From: Malacoraja senta
Lineage: Eukaryota
NCBI GenBank assembly: GCA_038087875.1
Contig: CM075981.1
Coordinates: 992,001-1,056,000 of the forward strand
Direction: 5' to 3'
Length of the DNA: 64,000 nucleotides
The position numbers were made by a program, and so were the translations under genes. Every line of letters starts with the position of its first letter. Positions within the stretch are counted from its first letter, which is position 1. This document shows, in pieces, positions 35,906 to 48,130 of this stretch. The notes below the pieces were generated by a model, which made no database searches, was not told where the DNA came from, and saw only the letters and a program-made list of their open reading frames with translations.

Positions 35906-36780
35906 GGGAGGTTTCACGGCAGTCGGGTCACGACCCATGACCCGTACTGTTGCTACGCTACGCCAAGTGGAGTACACGCGATGAACTGCAGGTAAGCATT
36001 TACCATTGTTTCCAACGTAGCGGGCCCGTTAAAACCCGCCGAAATTGTCCATTTTTGAGCTGTAAATAATTATGGAAATCGGGATAAGCGTGAGAGACAT
36101 TTATCCTACTTCAGAATTCAAAAAGTGAGGAGAAATGACGGTAGATTGAAGCGAGAGCTGAAGAGACAAACACAGCCAAAGTGCTTGGCGAACATTGGCC
36201 GTTTGCTCACTGCATTTCATCAACTAACGTATTATTTGTGTTTTTTCTTCATTCCTTTGGCATCCAAAAAGTTTCAGAAGGGATAAATCTGGCTGTAAAA
36301 TTTTAATATTGCCCATGGTTCTCAAGTGGGTTTTTACATACAAAAAGAAAACGCCTCTGAAGCAAAATTTACAACCAGATTTATCACGTGAGACTTTTTA
36401 GATACCAAAGGAATCAAGAAAAAAACCAAATAATGCCTTACCGTTAATGAAATACAGTGAGCAAACGCATTTTGCCAATATTTTCAATTCCGATATCTGC
36501 ACGGCCAATGTTCACCAAGCACTTTAGCTGTTGTTGTCCCTTCAGCTGTCGCTTCACTTTTGGAATTCTGAAGTTGGGTACATGTCTCTCACACTTACCC
36601 CGACTTCCACAATTTTTTACAGCGGAAAAAAAATCAACATTTTGGCGGTTTTTAACAGGTAGGAAAGTACGCGTTTCTAGCATTAATAACATATACCGGA
36701 AGTTACGGATGTCCTCCAGATGGATTGAGCGGCTCCGTGCGTCAAGCCCTATGACCCAGTGACCTTACGTGCAACCCCCC
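35906..36780. mobile_element. MITE-like non-autonomous DNA transposon with long internal palindrome, nested in an HE1-like SINE
   Basis: Terminal inverted repeats GGGAGGTTTCACG / CGTGCAACCCCCC match at 11 of 13 positions. TATA flanks both ends. Internal inverted arms at about 36028-36304 and 36364-36656. SINE halves at about 35695-35905 and 36781-36875. Confidence 0.8.
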
Positions 36781-38564
36781 TATACAGACGGCACCCGTAG
36801 TCGGGATCAAACCTGGGTCTTTGGCGCTGTAGGCGTTGTAAGGCAGCAACTCCACCGCTGCGCCACCGTGCTGTGGAGCAGAAGGGCCCAGATATCCATG
36901 TACATGAATCATGTACATAGACATGCACACAGAACTAATACAAAGGTGATAGGTGGTCAGCATAGTGGGCCAAAGAGCCAGTTTCAACACTGTATTTAAA
37001 CTAAACTAAAAATTCAGCAGTCTGTAGTCTGAAGAAGAAGGGTCTTGACCCAAAACATCACCTATTCCTTTTCTCCAGAGATGCTGCCTGACAAGCTGAG
37101 TTACTCCAGCTATTTGTGGCTAATTTTGAGGAGATTCTACTGCTTGTGCATCTGCCTCACAGCTCTAGTCGTCTGGGTCGAATTCCAAACTTCATTGCTT
37201 TCTGTGTTAAATTTGCATGTTCTCCCTGTGACAAATTTGCATTGTTATCACCTGGATTCTCCAGTGTCCTCCCACATCCCAGAGCATGCTAGGTGGTAGG
37301 ATAACTGGCAACTGTAACATGCAAGACAATAGGTGAAGGGATGTAGGATGGGGACAGATGAATGGGAAATCTCCCAAAGCTGGTAAGGAATCGATGGGCC
37401 AAATGGGCTCAATATATTAACAGGGTTTGACAGGGTAGCTGCAGGGATGAAGCTTCTCCTGTTTATAAGGTGCATTTGACCCAAAATATGAGGTCAGTCA
37501 TTCAAGAATGGGACAAGAAGCCTCTTTTTACAAAGAACATGGTGAATCCTTGAAGTTCTCACCAGGAGGCCATCGAGGCTCAATCACAATAAAAATCTAT
37601 ATTTTTATTAGAAATTATAGGAAACAAGGGATATGGAATCAGTTCCCAAAGTGGTGCTGTGTCAGCCATGATGCATTGAGTGGCGGAGTAGATACAAAGG
37701 GCCAAATGATCTACTGAAGATGGACACAAAGTGTTGGAGTAACTTTGCAGGTCAGGCAGTATTTCTGGAGATAAAGGATAGGTGACATTTCTGGTCGAGA
37801 CCCTTCTTCAGACTATACTCTTGCTTTATGTTGTGTTCAAACTATGAGCACTGCATGGTATGATTGTTGGCACAGTGCTGTTATCTTAGTTGAATGTTGT
37901 TTCGAACAATAAAGGAAGTTAGATTAGGTGCTCTGTTTTGTTAACAGCAATACAGAGAAGAAGCCCCCATAGCCTACAAGTTGACAGCTTTTTCTCCATC
38001 ATCCTGTGGCACAGTGGCGCAGCTGGTAGAGCTGCTGCCTCACATCGCCAGAGACCCAGGATCCATAAATCTCTCAGCTACATTGTCCGACATGATCTCA
38101 CTCTCATAAATGCACATGACCCTGTCCCAATTGCTTGCTAAGATCATATAAACTTTTCCTTGAAAAAATTAACGGAAGTGAGATGCTGAAATAATCTATT
38201 TTGTATTTCCCATGCGGAGTGTCTCACTTCTCTGTTTTTCTTTCTGAGAAAATATATTGAAGGCGTTCAAAACACGTTTCCTCCCAGAGATCCTTACTAA
38301 TTGAACGTGCCGAACCTAATGAGTATTGAACTCAGACACAATCATTTGATGACCGCTATTAGTTCTTTACTGATTGCTTGTCCAATCGTACATCTACTGT
38401 ACCAGGGCCAAGACACAACTCCAAGCGATGCTTTCAAGTGGTTAGTAATTCTTATCGCCACACAGGCTGACTTTAAGGGCAGCAATCTGCCTTGAAATAG
38501 ATTAAAGTGAGATATAATGAATTCATTATTTTCTTTGTCCTTTATTAACACAGTGTCCGATTGT

Positions 38565-39205
38565 ATACCAATCTCCCTTCCATTGACTCCATCTACACTA
38601 CACGTTGCCTTGGCAACGCCTCCAGCATAATCAGGGATGAGTCACACCCTGGACACTCCCTCTTCTCCCCTCTCCCATCAGCCAAGAGGTACAGACATGT
38701 AAAAACGCATATCTCCAGATTCAGGGTCAGTTTCTTCCCAGCAGTTATCAGGAAACTGATAGAGGTTCTAACCTCCCATCTACCTCAATGTAGACAGTCA
38801 GACTATCTTTACCCGGTCTTCACTGGACTTTATCTTGCATTAAATGTTATTCACTTTATCCTGTATCTGTACACTGTGGATGGCTGTTAGTAATCATGCA
38901 TAGGTAGGCAAAAGCGGTGGTGAAACTCAGCAGGTGAGGGAGCATCTATGGAGCGAATGAATAGGTGACGTTTCGGGTCCCGACCCAGGGTCTCGACCCA
39001 AAACGTCGCCTATTCCTTCACTCCATAGATGTTGCCTCACCCGCTGAGTTTCTCCAGCATTTTTGTCTACCTTCGATTTTTCCAGCATCTGGAGTTCTTT
39101 CTTAAACAGTAATCATGCATAGTCTTTCTGTTGACTGGAGAGCATGCAACAAAAAGCTTCTCACTGTACCTTGGTACACGTGACGATAAACTAAACTAAA
39201 CTAAA
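38565..39205 (+). mobile_element. Rex1-like LINE 3' fragment interrupted by a palindromic pLTR unit (38904-39107, 15-bp TSD)
   Basis: LPSIDSIY...SHPGHSLFSPLPS..RYR...SFFPAVIR. TSD AGTAATCATGCATAG at 38889-38903 and 39108-39122. (AAACT)n tail. Confidence 0.8.
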
Positions 39206-39434
39206 CTTGCCAACTGGACTGTGAATGACATCCTGGCCAAAGGTTTTGTGAAATGAACAAGACATTTTTAAAAACTTACAATGTTGTTGAGGTTTAGTCT
39301 GAAATCCAATCCCCCTTCCAACCAGTAAGGCTTGCTGGGGAAGTCTAACTTTTGGCAATTGTGGGTCAGGTTTATACTGGGTTACTTAGCTGGTTGCGAG
39401 AATCAAACTTGGAATGAAGCAAAACCCCTCAGGA

Positions 39435-39728
39435 ACAGTGGTGCAGCGGTAGAGCTGCCATCTCACAGCGCCAGAGACCTGGATTTGATCCTGACATCAT
39501 GCGCTGCCAGTGTGGAATTTGCATGTTCTCCCTGCAACAGTCGGGTTCTCTCCAGGTGCTCTGGTTTCCTCCTACATCCCAAATATGTACAGGTTTGTAG
39601 GTTCATTAGCATCTGTAAATTTCCCCCAGTGTGTAGAATGTGAAAATGGGATAACATTGAACTACAATGGTGTAGAATTGGTTGGCCCAAAGGGACTGTT
39701 TCCATGCTGTATCGCTAAACAAAACTAA
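39435..39728 (+). mobile_element. HE1-like SINE
   Basis: Matches the SINE consensus. Further copies at about 10232, 10664, 27035(-), 30005(-), 31260(-), 42003(-), 42705, 46730, 50374, 52615(-) and 55965(-). Confidence 0.8.
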
Positions 39729-40298
39729 ATCGGCCACCATTAACAAGCTCCAGACATGAGATGAGACTCGCCTTGAGATCAAAGTCCAGGCCAGGATCAC
39801 ACCCATCACAGTTCAGAACAAATCCCGCCCACATCGGCATGTCTTGCCCACCACAAGTTGCCCGCCAATGAGCCATTCCTTGTCCAAGGGTGATCAGAGA
39901 GATGGGAGTGGGTCTGTGCTACCTGTCCTGAAGACCTCTGTAGCCAACATGCAGCATAGACATGGTGGTCCTCTCTCAACTACAGAAAGAGATGATTCCA
40001 CAGGTGTTGGCACAATCCCTTCTGACGTTGTCCAGTTATCTGGACCTCGTACGTTCATGAGTCATGGGAGGAGCATGGAGTCATAGGGTAACTGCATTCT
40101 ATCATATGATGAAAATTCACTATAGATTCATGCAATTATTTATTCCCAGGGAGAACTTCTAGCTGTTTGTCATCAATTGGCTCACTCTTGTTTCACAATC
40201 AGGTTTCCTGTTGCTTTCTTCATCATTTATATTGTAACATTTATTTTCGATGGGCATTTAGTTCTCTGGACTAAGAGCTGAACGATAAACGGCCCAGC

Positions 40299-40356
40299 AT
40301 GGGGTCTGCATCTAAAACGATGTTGGTGCCAATTCTTCTCATTTGTTTCTTGCCCG
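40299..40356 (+). CDS. Gene C leader exon L1, signal peptide MGSASKTMLVPILLICFLP
   Basis: AGCATGG Kozak context, second ATG at 40320, phase-1 GTGAGT donor. Same length and promoter motifs as gene B exon 1. Confidence 0.85.
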
Positions 40357-43300
40357 GTGAGTAACATTCAGAATTGGACATTCTGATAATTAGTATTAGT
40401 TTGCGCGTTATGCTGTTTCCATTGCCGAGATGAAGTGTTATTAATGTTTAATGTTTTATGTATCATTCCTAACTGTCACTATGTCATGTTGTCACTTGCG
40501 GGCGGAGCACCAAGGCAAATTCCTTGTATGTGAATACTTGGCCAATAGACTTATTCATTCATTCAGATCGTTAAAAATGTGTAGACACGTAAAGATGCAA
40601 AATGTTCAGCACATAATAATATGACCAGTATTGGAATATAGTCTCGTAAATACCTTCCCTCTGTAACACGGTACTACACAAATCATCACAATGTATCCAA
40701 TGTATACTTCAAATAGCCCTTGCTTTACCTTTGTCTCCATCACCTCCTCCTTCCAAGTTCTCCCACCAGTCTTACTGTCTCTGACTACATTCTATCTCTG
40801 TCCTGCCCACTCCCCTGACATCAGTCTGAAGAAGGGTCTCCACCCGAAACGCCACCCATTCCTTCTCTCCAGAGATGCTGCCTGTCCCGCTGATTTACTC
40901 CAGCATTAGTGTCAACCAGCGACATGATTATTGATTTCTCTAACTGCAAGGAACCCTTGCATTCCCTCTCTCTCCGTCCCTCCCCCACCCTAGTCTTCTT
41001 GCTAATTTCACCGTTTTTTATTCCTTCGTTATCACCTCATCCCCAGCAACAATGGACCATTGTGGACTCCACCTTTCTTGAGTTATAGATGCAGGCTCTG
41101 CATTGTTCTGAGGGCTGGATTTACTTATAACCTTGACAAGCTTAAGCTTAGGGCCTCGAGATCTAGGGGGGGGGGGGGGGGGGGGCTCGCAGAGCCGGAT
41201 TCACCACTAGTTGAAGCCTAGGGCCTCAAAATCTAGGGGGCTGCGGCCAAGGCAGGACACCTGCCGTTCAATTCTGGGCAGGCCGCCCATTCTATCTCTC
41301 TCTCTGTGTCACTCTCCGTCTCCGCCCGCCATCCGTATCTGTGTCCGGGCCGCCGGGACTCCGCTCTCCGCTCGCTCCTCATCTGCCGTCACGGCCGGCC
41401 TCCTTGCACATGCGCACTGCTACGGCCAGCACATTCTCCCCCTTGCACATGCGCACAACCACGGCCAGCACATCATTAGCCGCCCTGCGCATGCGCACTG
41501 TGATGGCGCTGGGCACTTTCCCCCAACCCAAAACGTCACCTATCCATGTTCTCTGGAGATGCTGCCTGGCCCATTGAGTTACTCCAGCATTATATGCCTG
41601 TTTTTGAGAAATAGGAAGTTGTGAGGTTGATAAGAAGATTTGAACACCAGTGTAAATATTTTGAAACCAAATCATTGACTCTACACGTTAGGGTTGTTAT
41701 GACTATGCAGGGTGGGTTATCAGATCTGTGAAGTGTGGAGAACCATGGTCAAGTCCAAATCCACCCACATGTCACAGTGCCAGGGTGAAGGGTGAGTGGG
41801 GCAGAGCAGGGCGGGGCACTGGCACCAGAGTTAAACTCATAGTCATATAGCACAGAAACAGGCCCTTCTTCCCAACTTGACCATGCTGACCAAACTGCTT
41901 ACCTACACTAGGTACACAAAAATGCTGGAGAAACTCAGCGGGTGCAGCAGCATCTATGGAGCGAAGGAAATAGGCAACGTTTCAGGCCGAAACCCTTCTT
42001 CACTAGTTTAGTTTAGAGATACAGCATGGAAACTGGCCCTTCAGCTCACCGAGTCCGCACCAAACAGCAATCCCCATGCATTAACACTATCCTACACGCA
42101 ATAGGGACTATTTACACCTGTTCCAAGCCAACTAACCTACAAACCTATACGTTTTTGGATTGTGCGAGGAAACTGAAGATCTCGGAGAAAACCCAGGGGG
42201 AGAACGTATAAACTCTACAGACAGCACCCGTAGTCGGGATCAAACCCGACTGTAAGCGCTGTAAGGCAGCAGCTCTACCACTGCGCCATGGAGCCGCCCT
42301 AGTCAACGTACCAGTTGCCCGCGTTTGACCCATCTCCTTTTTATTCTGCCATATATTGGTAAACATCCAGTTTTCAACCTCAGTCAGGAAGTAGTGTCTC
42401 GGCCGGAAAACAAACATGCACTTTTTGCCTCCACAGATGCTGCCCGACCCGTTGAGTTTTTCAGGTGTTCTGCCTATTGTTCCAGATTCTAGTACATACA
42501 ATCTCCTTTGTCTTCTCCTTCACACAACCCTAATCCTACCTCAACAATGTTATCTCACAGAAGCTGAAGGGTACATGGAAGGAGCATGTCCAGAGGAGGT
42601 AGTGGAGACAGGTACTATTAACAACATTTAAAAGCACTAGGACATGGTACGTAGATACGAAAGGTTTGTACGGACAGGGGTCAAACGAAGGCCTGATTTT
42701 TATGGTTGCGAAGCCGTAGAGTTGTTGCCTTACATTGCATAACGGCGCCAGATACCCGGGTTCGATCCTGGCTACAGGTGCTTGTCTGTACATAGTCTGT
42801 ACTTTCTCACAGTGACCTGCGTGGCTTTTCTCCGAGAACTTCAGTTTCCTCCCACACTCCAAAGACGTACAGTTTTGTAGGTTAATTGGATTGATGGAAA
42901 TGTAAAAATTTGTGTTAAAGTGCGGGGATCACTGGATTGTGCGGACTCGGTGGGCTGGAGGGCCTGTTTCCGCACTGTATCTCTAAACTAAACTAAACTA
43001 AAGAGGGACTAGCGTACATGGGACATCTTGATCGGCATAGGGCAAGCTGCTTCCATGCTGTATCACTCTATGATTTCATGAATCGCATCCTCAAACTAAG
43101 CTTTACCCAGTCTCCAATGCTCAAGTATTTGAATTGTCCTTCGAGGAGTTTATCTGGTGATGTGAGTGGACTTATCTGATCGTGTTTGTCAATAAACAAT
43201 AGACAATAGGTGTAGGAGTAGGCCATTTGGCCCTTCGAGCCAGCACCGCCATTCAATGTGATCATGGCAGATCATCCACAATCAGTACCCCGTTCCTGCC

Positions 43301-44009
43301 TTATCGCCATATCCCTTGACTCCGCTAACTTTAAGAGCCCTATTTAGCTCTCTCTTGAAAGTATCCAGAGAACCGTCCTCCACCACTCTCTGAGGCAGAG
43401 AATTCCACAGACTAACAACTTTCTGTGTGAAAGTGTTTCCTCATCTCCGTTCCGTTGGTGTCTTATTTCTCCTGCGTAACGTTTCAACACATGAGAAGCT
43501 GAGGAAGGCTGGACAAATTAGTGACGCGCATTTTGAGGTGGGTAAACAGATCACAAGTTCACACGTTCCAGGAGTAGAATTTGGCCATTCAGCCCATAGA
43601 GTCTACTCCGCCATTCAAACATGGCTGATGTCTGCCTCTTAAACCCATACAAGTTCAGACACAGTGTGCCCGCATTTGGGGAAGGGGGTTGAGGGTGTGG
43701 GTAAGAGAATGTTTGCAGTGGTGGACAGAGCGCCAGTGAAGTGGGCAAACGTCACCAGGATGAAGCAAAGCTTCGAGGAGATGCTCCAATCCAGGCAACT
43801 GGAGAGCATTGCAGCCCACTCCTGATAGGTGCATTGTCGGTGGTGAGGAGGCTGGGGGTGGTGGCAAATGAGTCACCAAGTTATTCTTGAACCACTGTAA
43901 AGTCGTTTCCTGAGTAAACGGAAATTGCCTGTTTGACTTCTGTTGTGAATGAGGAAGAGGACAACTCAAACGCAGTGCAGGGACCAAACCGATCCAACGT
44001 AGCCAAGAC

Positions 44010-44106
44010 ATGGTGGTGGGACAGGGAGAATTCACCCACCAGAAACGGCCCAGATCCAGGGGAACAGTCGCTCTGCTGGTTCTTGTCGCTTTTGATCTCA
44101 TACCAG
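44010..44106 (+). CDS. Candidate second leader exon L2, MVVGQGEFTHQKRPRSRGTVALLVLVAFDLIP
   Basis: GACATGG Kozak context, basic n-region plus hydrophobic h-region. Ends Pro plus a phase-1 G and a GTAAAT donor, as the other leaders do. In frame with V exon 54038. Confidence 0.55.
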
Positions 44107-45094
44107 GTAAATCGTTGTTTTACAAAATGCTCTGTTCTTTAGAATTATTTACTGGTGCCTTGAATTATTTGTAACCAAGGACGTCTGTCTCTGTACTGTG
44201 TGGGGAGCTGATGATAAATTGCTCAACACTCGTTAGTTCCTGTAGAGACTTCCATCAGCGGTTGTTGTCGTGTTGTGTGCAGCCAAATTGCACACAGCTA
44301 GCTCCCCGTGGAGAAGGGAGATAACTACCTAAAGCTTGCCTTGTGGACCTCACTGAAACTTACCGAATAGTGAAAGGCCTGGATAGAGTGGATGGGGTGA
44401 GGATGTTTCCACTAGTCGGATAGTCTAGGACCAGAGGTCGCAGCCTCAGAATTAAAGGACATTCCTTTAGGAAGGAGATGAGGAGGAATTTATTTAGTCA
44501 GAAGGTGGTGAAACTGTGGAATTCATTGTCGCAGAATGCTGTGGAGGCCGTCAATAGATATTTCATAGGCAGAGATAGATAGATTCTTGATCAGTACTGG
44601 TGTCAGGAGTCCTGGGGAGAAGGAAGGAGGATTGAGTTGAGAGGGAAAGGTAGATCAGTCATGATTGAATGGAGGAGTAGACTTGATGGGCAAAATTACA
44701 TAATTCTGCTCCTAATGTACTAATGAACTTATGATCTGTTCTTCAGAATTATTTACTAGCACCTTGAATTATTTTGAGCCACAGAGCAGACTACTGGGCT
44801 ACGCGCTGCTCAAGATAAAGTGCTTGCACACTTGTTCTTTCCTGCACTAATGACTTGTTGTGATGCTGTGCGCAGTCAAATGGCACACCGCTAACTCCCT
44901 GTAGAAAATGACCCGACAGCTGGCCTTGTTGATTATGGGTGTAGGGGTAACTCTTGCCCTCAGAACAGAGAGTTTGCTCCACTATTCTGGTGCAAACTAT
45001 CTCCAGGTGAACTTTCTCAGTGACTTGACAGCAGATCAGCTAAATGCTTTACCCCTTGCATATCTCTTGACTTCCTCCATCCCTGACTCTTGGT

Positions 45095-45122
45095 CTGAAG
45101 AAGGGTCTCGACCTGAAACGTC
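45095..45122 (+). ncRNA. Minimal hammerhead-ribozyme-like core, sense strand in the gene C intron
   Basis: UGGU-CUGAAGA-A-GGGUC[UC]GACCU-GAAAC-GUC-ACC. Core intact, ACGU palindrome present, 3-bp helix I. Confidence 0.6.
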
Positions 45123-46958
45123 ACCCATTGCTTCTCTCGAGAGATGAAGCCTGACCCGCTGCGTTACTCCAGCATTTTGTGTCTATCAAAGACACAAGGC
45201 ACTCCCTCCACGCACTGCAATGGGAAATGTTGAACCTAAACCTTAGCACATTCAAAGGAAAAACCTGTGAAAGCAAGCCATTGGGAACAAGCGGGCATCT
45301 CAAATGAGTAAGCACCAGAGTGACTGTCCAATTTCGCATTTGGAGAAGTTGTGGTAATCTCTCCCTTGTGAGAAAAACCAGCTGCCTTACAGACTCTGCT
45401 GCTCGAGCTGTTCTTCACACTGTGCTTTCCCCTGCATCTGAGTTCTCCTTCAAGGCATTTGTCTTGTGGCTTGTGAGCGGACCTGGACTGATCTGATGAT
45501 GTGTCTCCACCCCAGCTCCTGAATCTGCAGAGTTTCACATTTGTTAGAGTCATAGAGTGATACAGTGTGGAAATAGGCCCTTCGGCTCAACTTGCCCTCA
45601 ACTGCCTATTTCCTTCGCACCATAGATGCTGCTGCTCCCGCTGAGTTTCTCCAGCATTTTTGTGTACCTGGGATTTTCCAGCATCTGCAGTTCCTTCTTG
45701 AACATCTCTTGACTCTTGACTTGGACTTAAGCATAAAAGGGTTCTTGGGGAAAAAAAGAGGTACCTTAAATTTAGTTGTGTCTGTTTGGGTAACTATGGT
45801 AGGGTGAAGACTATTCCATGCTTTAATTGTGCGGGGGAACTCCATGGAGCAGCCAGCAACTCTGGATAGAAGAAATTGGGTGAAGTTTCGGGTAGAGTTT
45901 CTTTAGACTCCCTCGGGTTTAAGTGTTTTTAGTTTAATTTAAAGATACAGCGTGGAAACAGGCCCTTCGGCCCACCGAGTCCACGCCAACCACCGATCAC
46001 CCATACGCTAGTTCTATCCCACACATTAGCGGAGTAAGTCAAGGGTCAAGAGTGTTTTGTTCTCTCACGTCCCAATTGGAACAATGAAATCCTTACTTGC
46101 AGCAGCACAACAGAATATGTAAACATAGTACTCTGTAAACAATGTTTTAAACGAGAAAACAGAACGGTGTATATTTATATATGAATATATAACTATATAT
46201 ATATGTGTGTGTGTTTAATATATATACCCACACACACATACACACAATTTCCCTCCTGGGATTAATAAAGTTGTATCGTATAGTATTGTGTGTGTAGGAA
46301 GGAACTGCAGATGCTGGTTTAAACTGAAGATAGACACAAAAAGCTGGCGTAACTCAACAGGTCAGACAGAATCTCTGGACAAAAGGAAAATATTACATTT
46401 TGTGTTTGGTCTGAAATAGGTTCCTGCACACCTTTGGGATGTGGAAGGAAACAAGAGCACCCGGAGAAAACCCATGCGATCAAAGGGAAAAGGAGCAAAC
46501 TCCATACAGACAGCACCCATATTCAGGATCAATTCTGGGTCTCTGGCACTTTTAGGCAGCAACTTAATGGCCAATGTACTGCCCCATAGTCTTGAACTGA
46601 ATTAAAACATACAGTAGCTGTAAAGGGGGACATAGCGTCACTTGGAGATTTAAAACTGAAAATGGATATTTTCATTTTTTTAGTAACCAAAGTTATCAAA
46701 GTATAATTTTTTGTGTGTTGGAAAAGTAAATATAGTGGCACAGCTGGTAGATTTGCTGCCTCACACGCCAGAGATCTGTGTTCGATCCTGTCCTCGGGCA
46801 CTGTCTGTGTTGAATTTGCACATTCTCCCTGCAAGCGTGTGGGTTTCCTCCCACATCCCAAAGATGCATTGGCTTTGTAGGTTAACTTGTCTCTGTAAAA
46901 TTGCCCTGAATGTGTAAGGAGTGGGTGAGGAAAGTGGGATAACAGAACTTGTGTGAAT

Positions 46959-48130
46959 GGGTAGACAAAAATGCTGGAGAAACTCAGCAGGTGAAGCAGC
47001 ATCTATGGAGCGAAGGAAATAGGGGACGTTTCGGGTCGAGACCCTTCTTCAGACTGATGTGAGGGTGAGGGGGATGGGAAGAAGAAAGGAAGAGTTGGAG
47101 ACAGTGGGCTGAGGGAAAGCTGGGAAGGGGAGGAGAAAGCAGGGATTACCTGAAATTGAAGAAGTCAATGTTCATACCGCTGGGGTGTAAACTGCCCAAG
47201 CAAAATATGAGGTGCTGCTCCTCCAGTTTACGGTGGGCCTCACTCTGGCCATGAAAGAGGCCCAGGACAGAATGGTCAGATTCGTAATGGGAGGGGGAGT
47301 TGAAGTGCTGAGCCACCGGGAGATCAGGTTGGTTATTGCGGACCGAGCGGACGTGTTGGGCGAAGCGATCGCCAAGCCTACGCTTGGTCTCACCGACGTA
47401 GAGCAGCTGACACGTAGGGCAGTGGATGCAATAGATGAGGTTGGAGGAGGTGCAGGTGAACCTCTGCCGCACCTGGAAAGACTGCTTGGGTCTTTGAATG
47501 AAGGAGGGAGGTAAAGTGACAAGTGTAGCATTTCCTGCGGTTGCAAGGGAAAGTGCCAGGAGAGGGGGTGGTTTGGGTGGGAAGGGATGAACTGATCATG
47601 GAGTTACGGAGGAAGCGGTCTCTGCGGAAAGCCAACAGGGGAGGGGATGGGAAGATGTGGCCAGTGGTGGGATCCCATTGGTAGACAAAAAAGCTGGAGA
47701 AAATCAGTGGGTAAGGCAGCATCTATGGAGCGAAGGAATAGACGATGTTTCGGGTCGAGATCATTCTTCAGACTGATGTCAGGGGGGGGGGGGGGAGACA
47801 CGAAAAAAAAAGGAAGAGGCGGAGACAGTAGGCTTTGGGAGAGCTGGGAATGGGAGGGGAGGAGGGAGAAAGCAAGGACTACCTGAAATTAGAGAAGCCA
47901 ATGTTCATACCGCTGGGGTGTAAACTACCCAAGCAAATATGGGGTGCTGCTCCTCCAATATGTGGCGGGCCTCGCTCTGGCCATGGAGGAGGCCCAGGGC
48001 AGAAAGGTCGGATTTGGAATGGGAGGGGGAGTTGAAGTGTTGAGCTACCGGGAGATCAGGTTGGTTATTGCGAACTAAGTGGAGGTGTTGTGCGAAGCGA
48101 TCGCCAAGCCTGCATTTGGTCTCACCGAGG
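46959..48130 (-). mobile_element. Two tandem Penelope 3' fragments (46959-47680 and 47681-48130)
   Basis: SNLIYCIHCPTCQLLYVGETKRRLGDRF in ORF 47146-47472. Each unit ends in a pLTR, and the hammerhead core is intact at 47025-47052. Confidence 0.88.

Larger units (their letters stand above)
37254..44685 (+). repeat. Left arm of a >=7.4-kb inverted duplication
   Basis: Reverse complement of 56568-64000. Paired ORFs include 37508/63537, 38561/62364, 41211/59684 and 43655/57154. About 99% identical on spot checks. Confidence 0.97.

Noticed and set aside
44908-45147. Signal-peptide-like ORF MTRQLALLIMGVGVTLA
   Set aside because: The only nearby donor-like site (CAG/GTGAAC) is weak and phase 0, incompatible with the V exon. 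The ORF lies in duplicated intron and runs into a pLTR.
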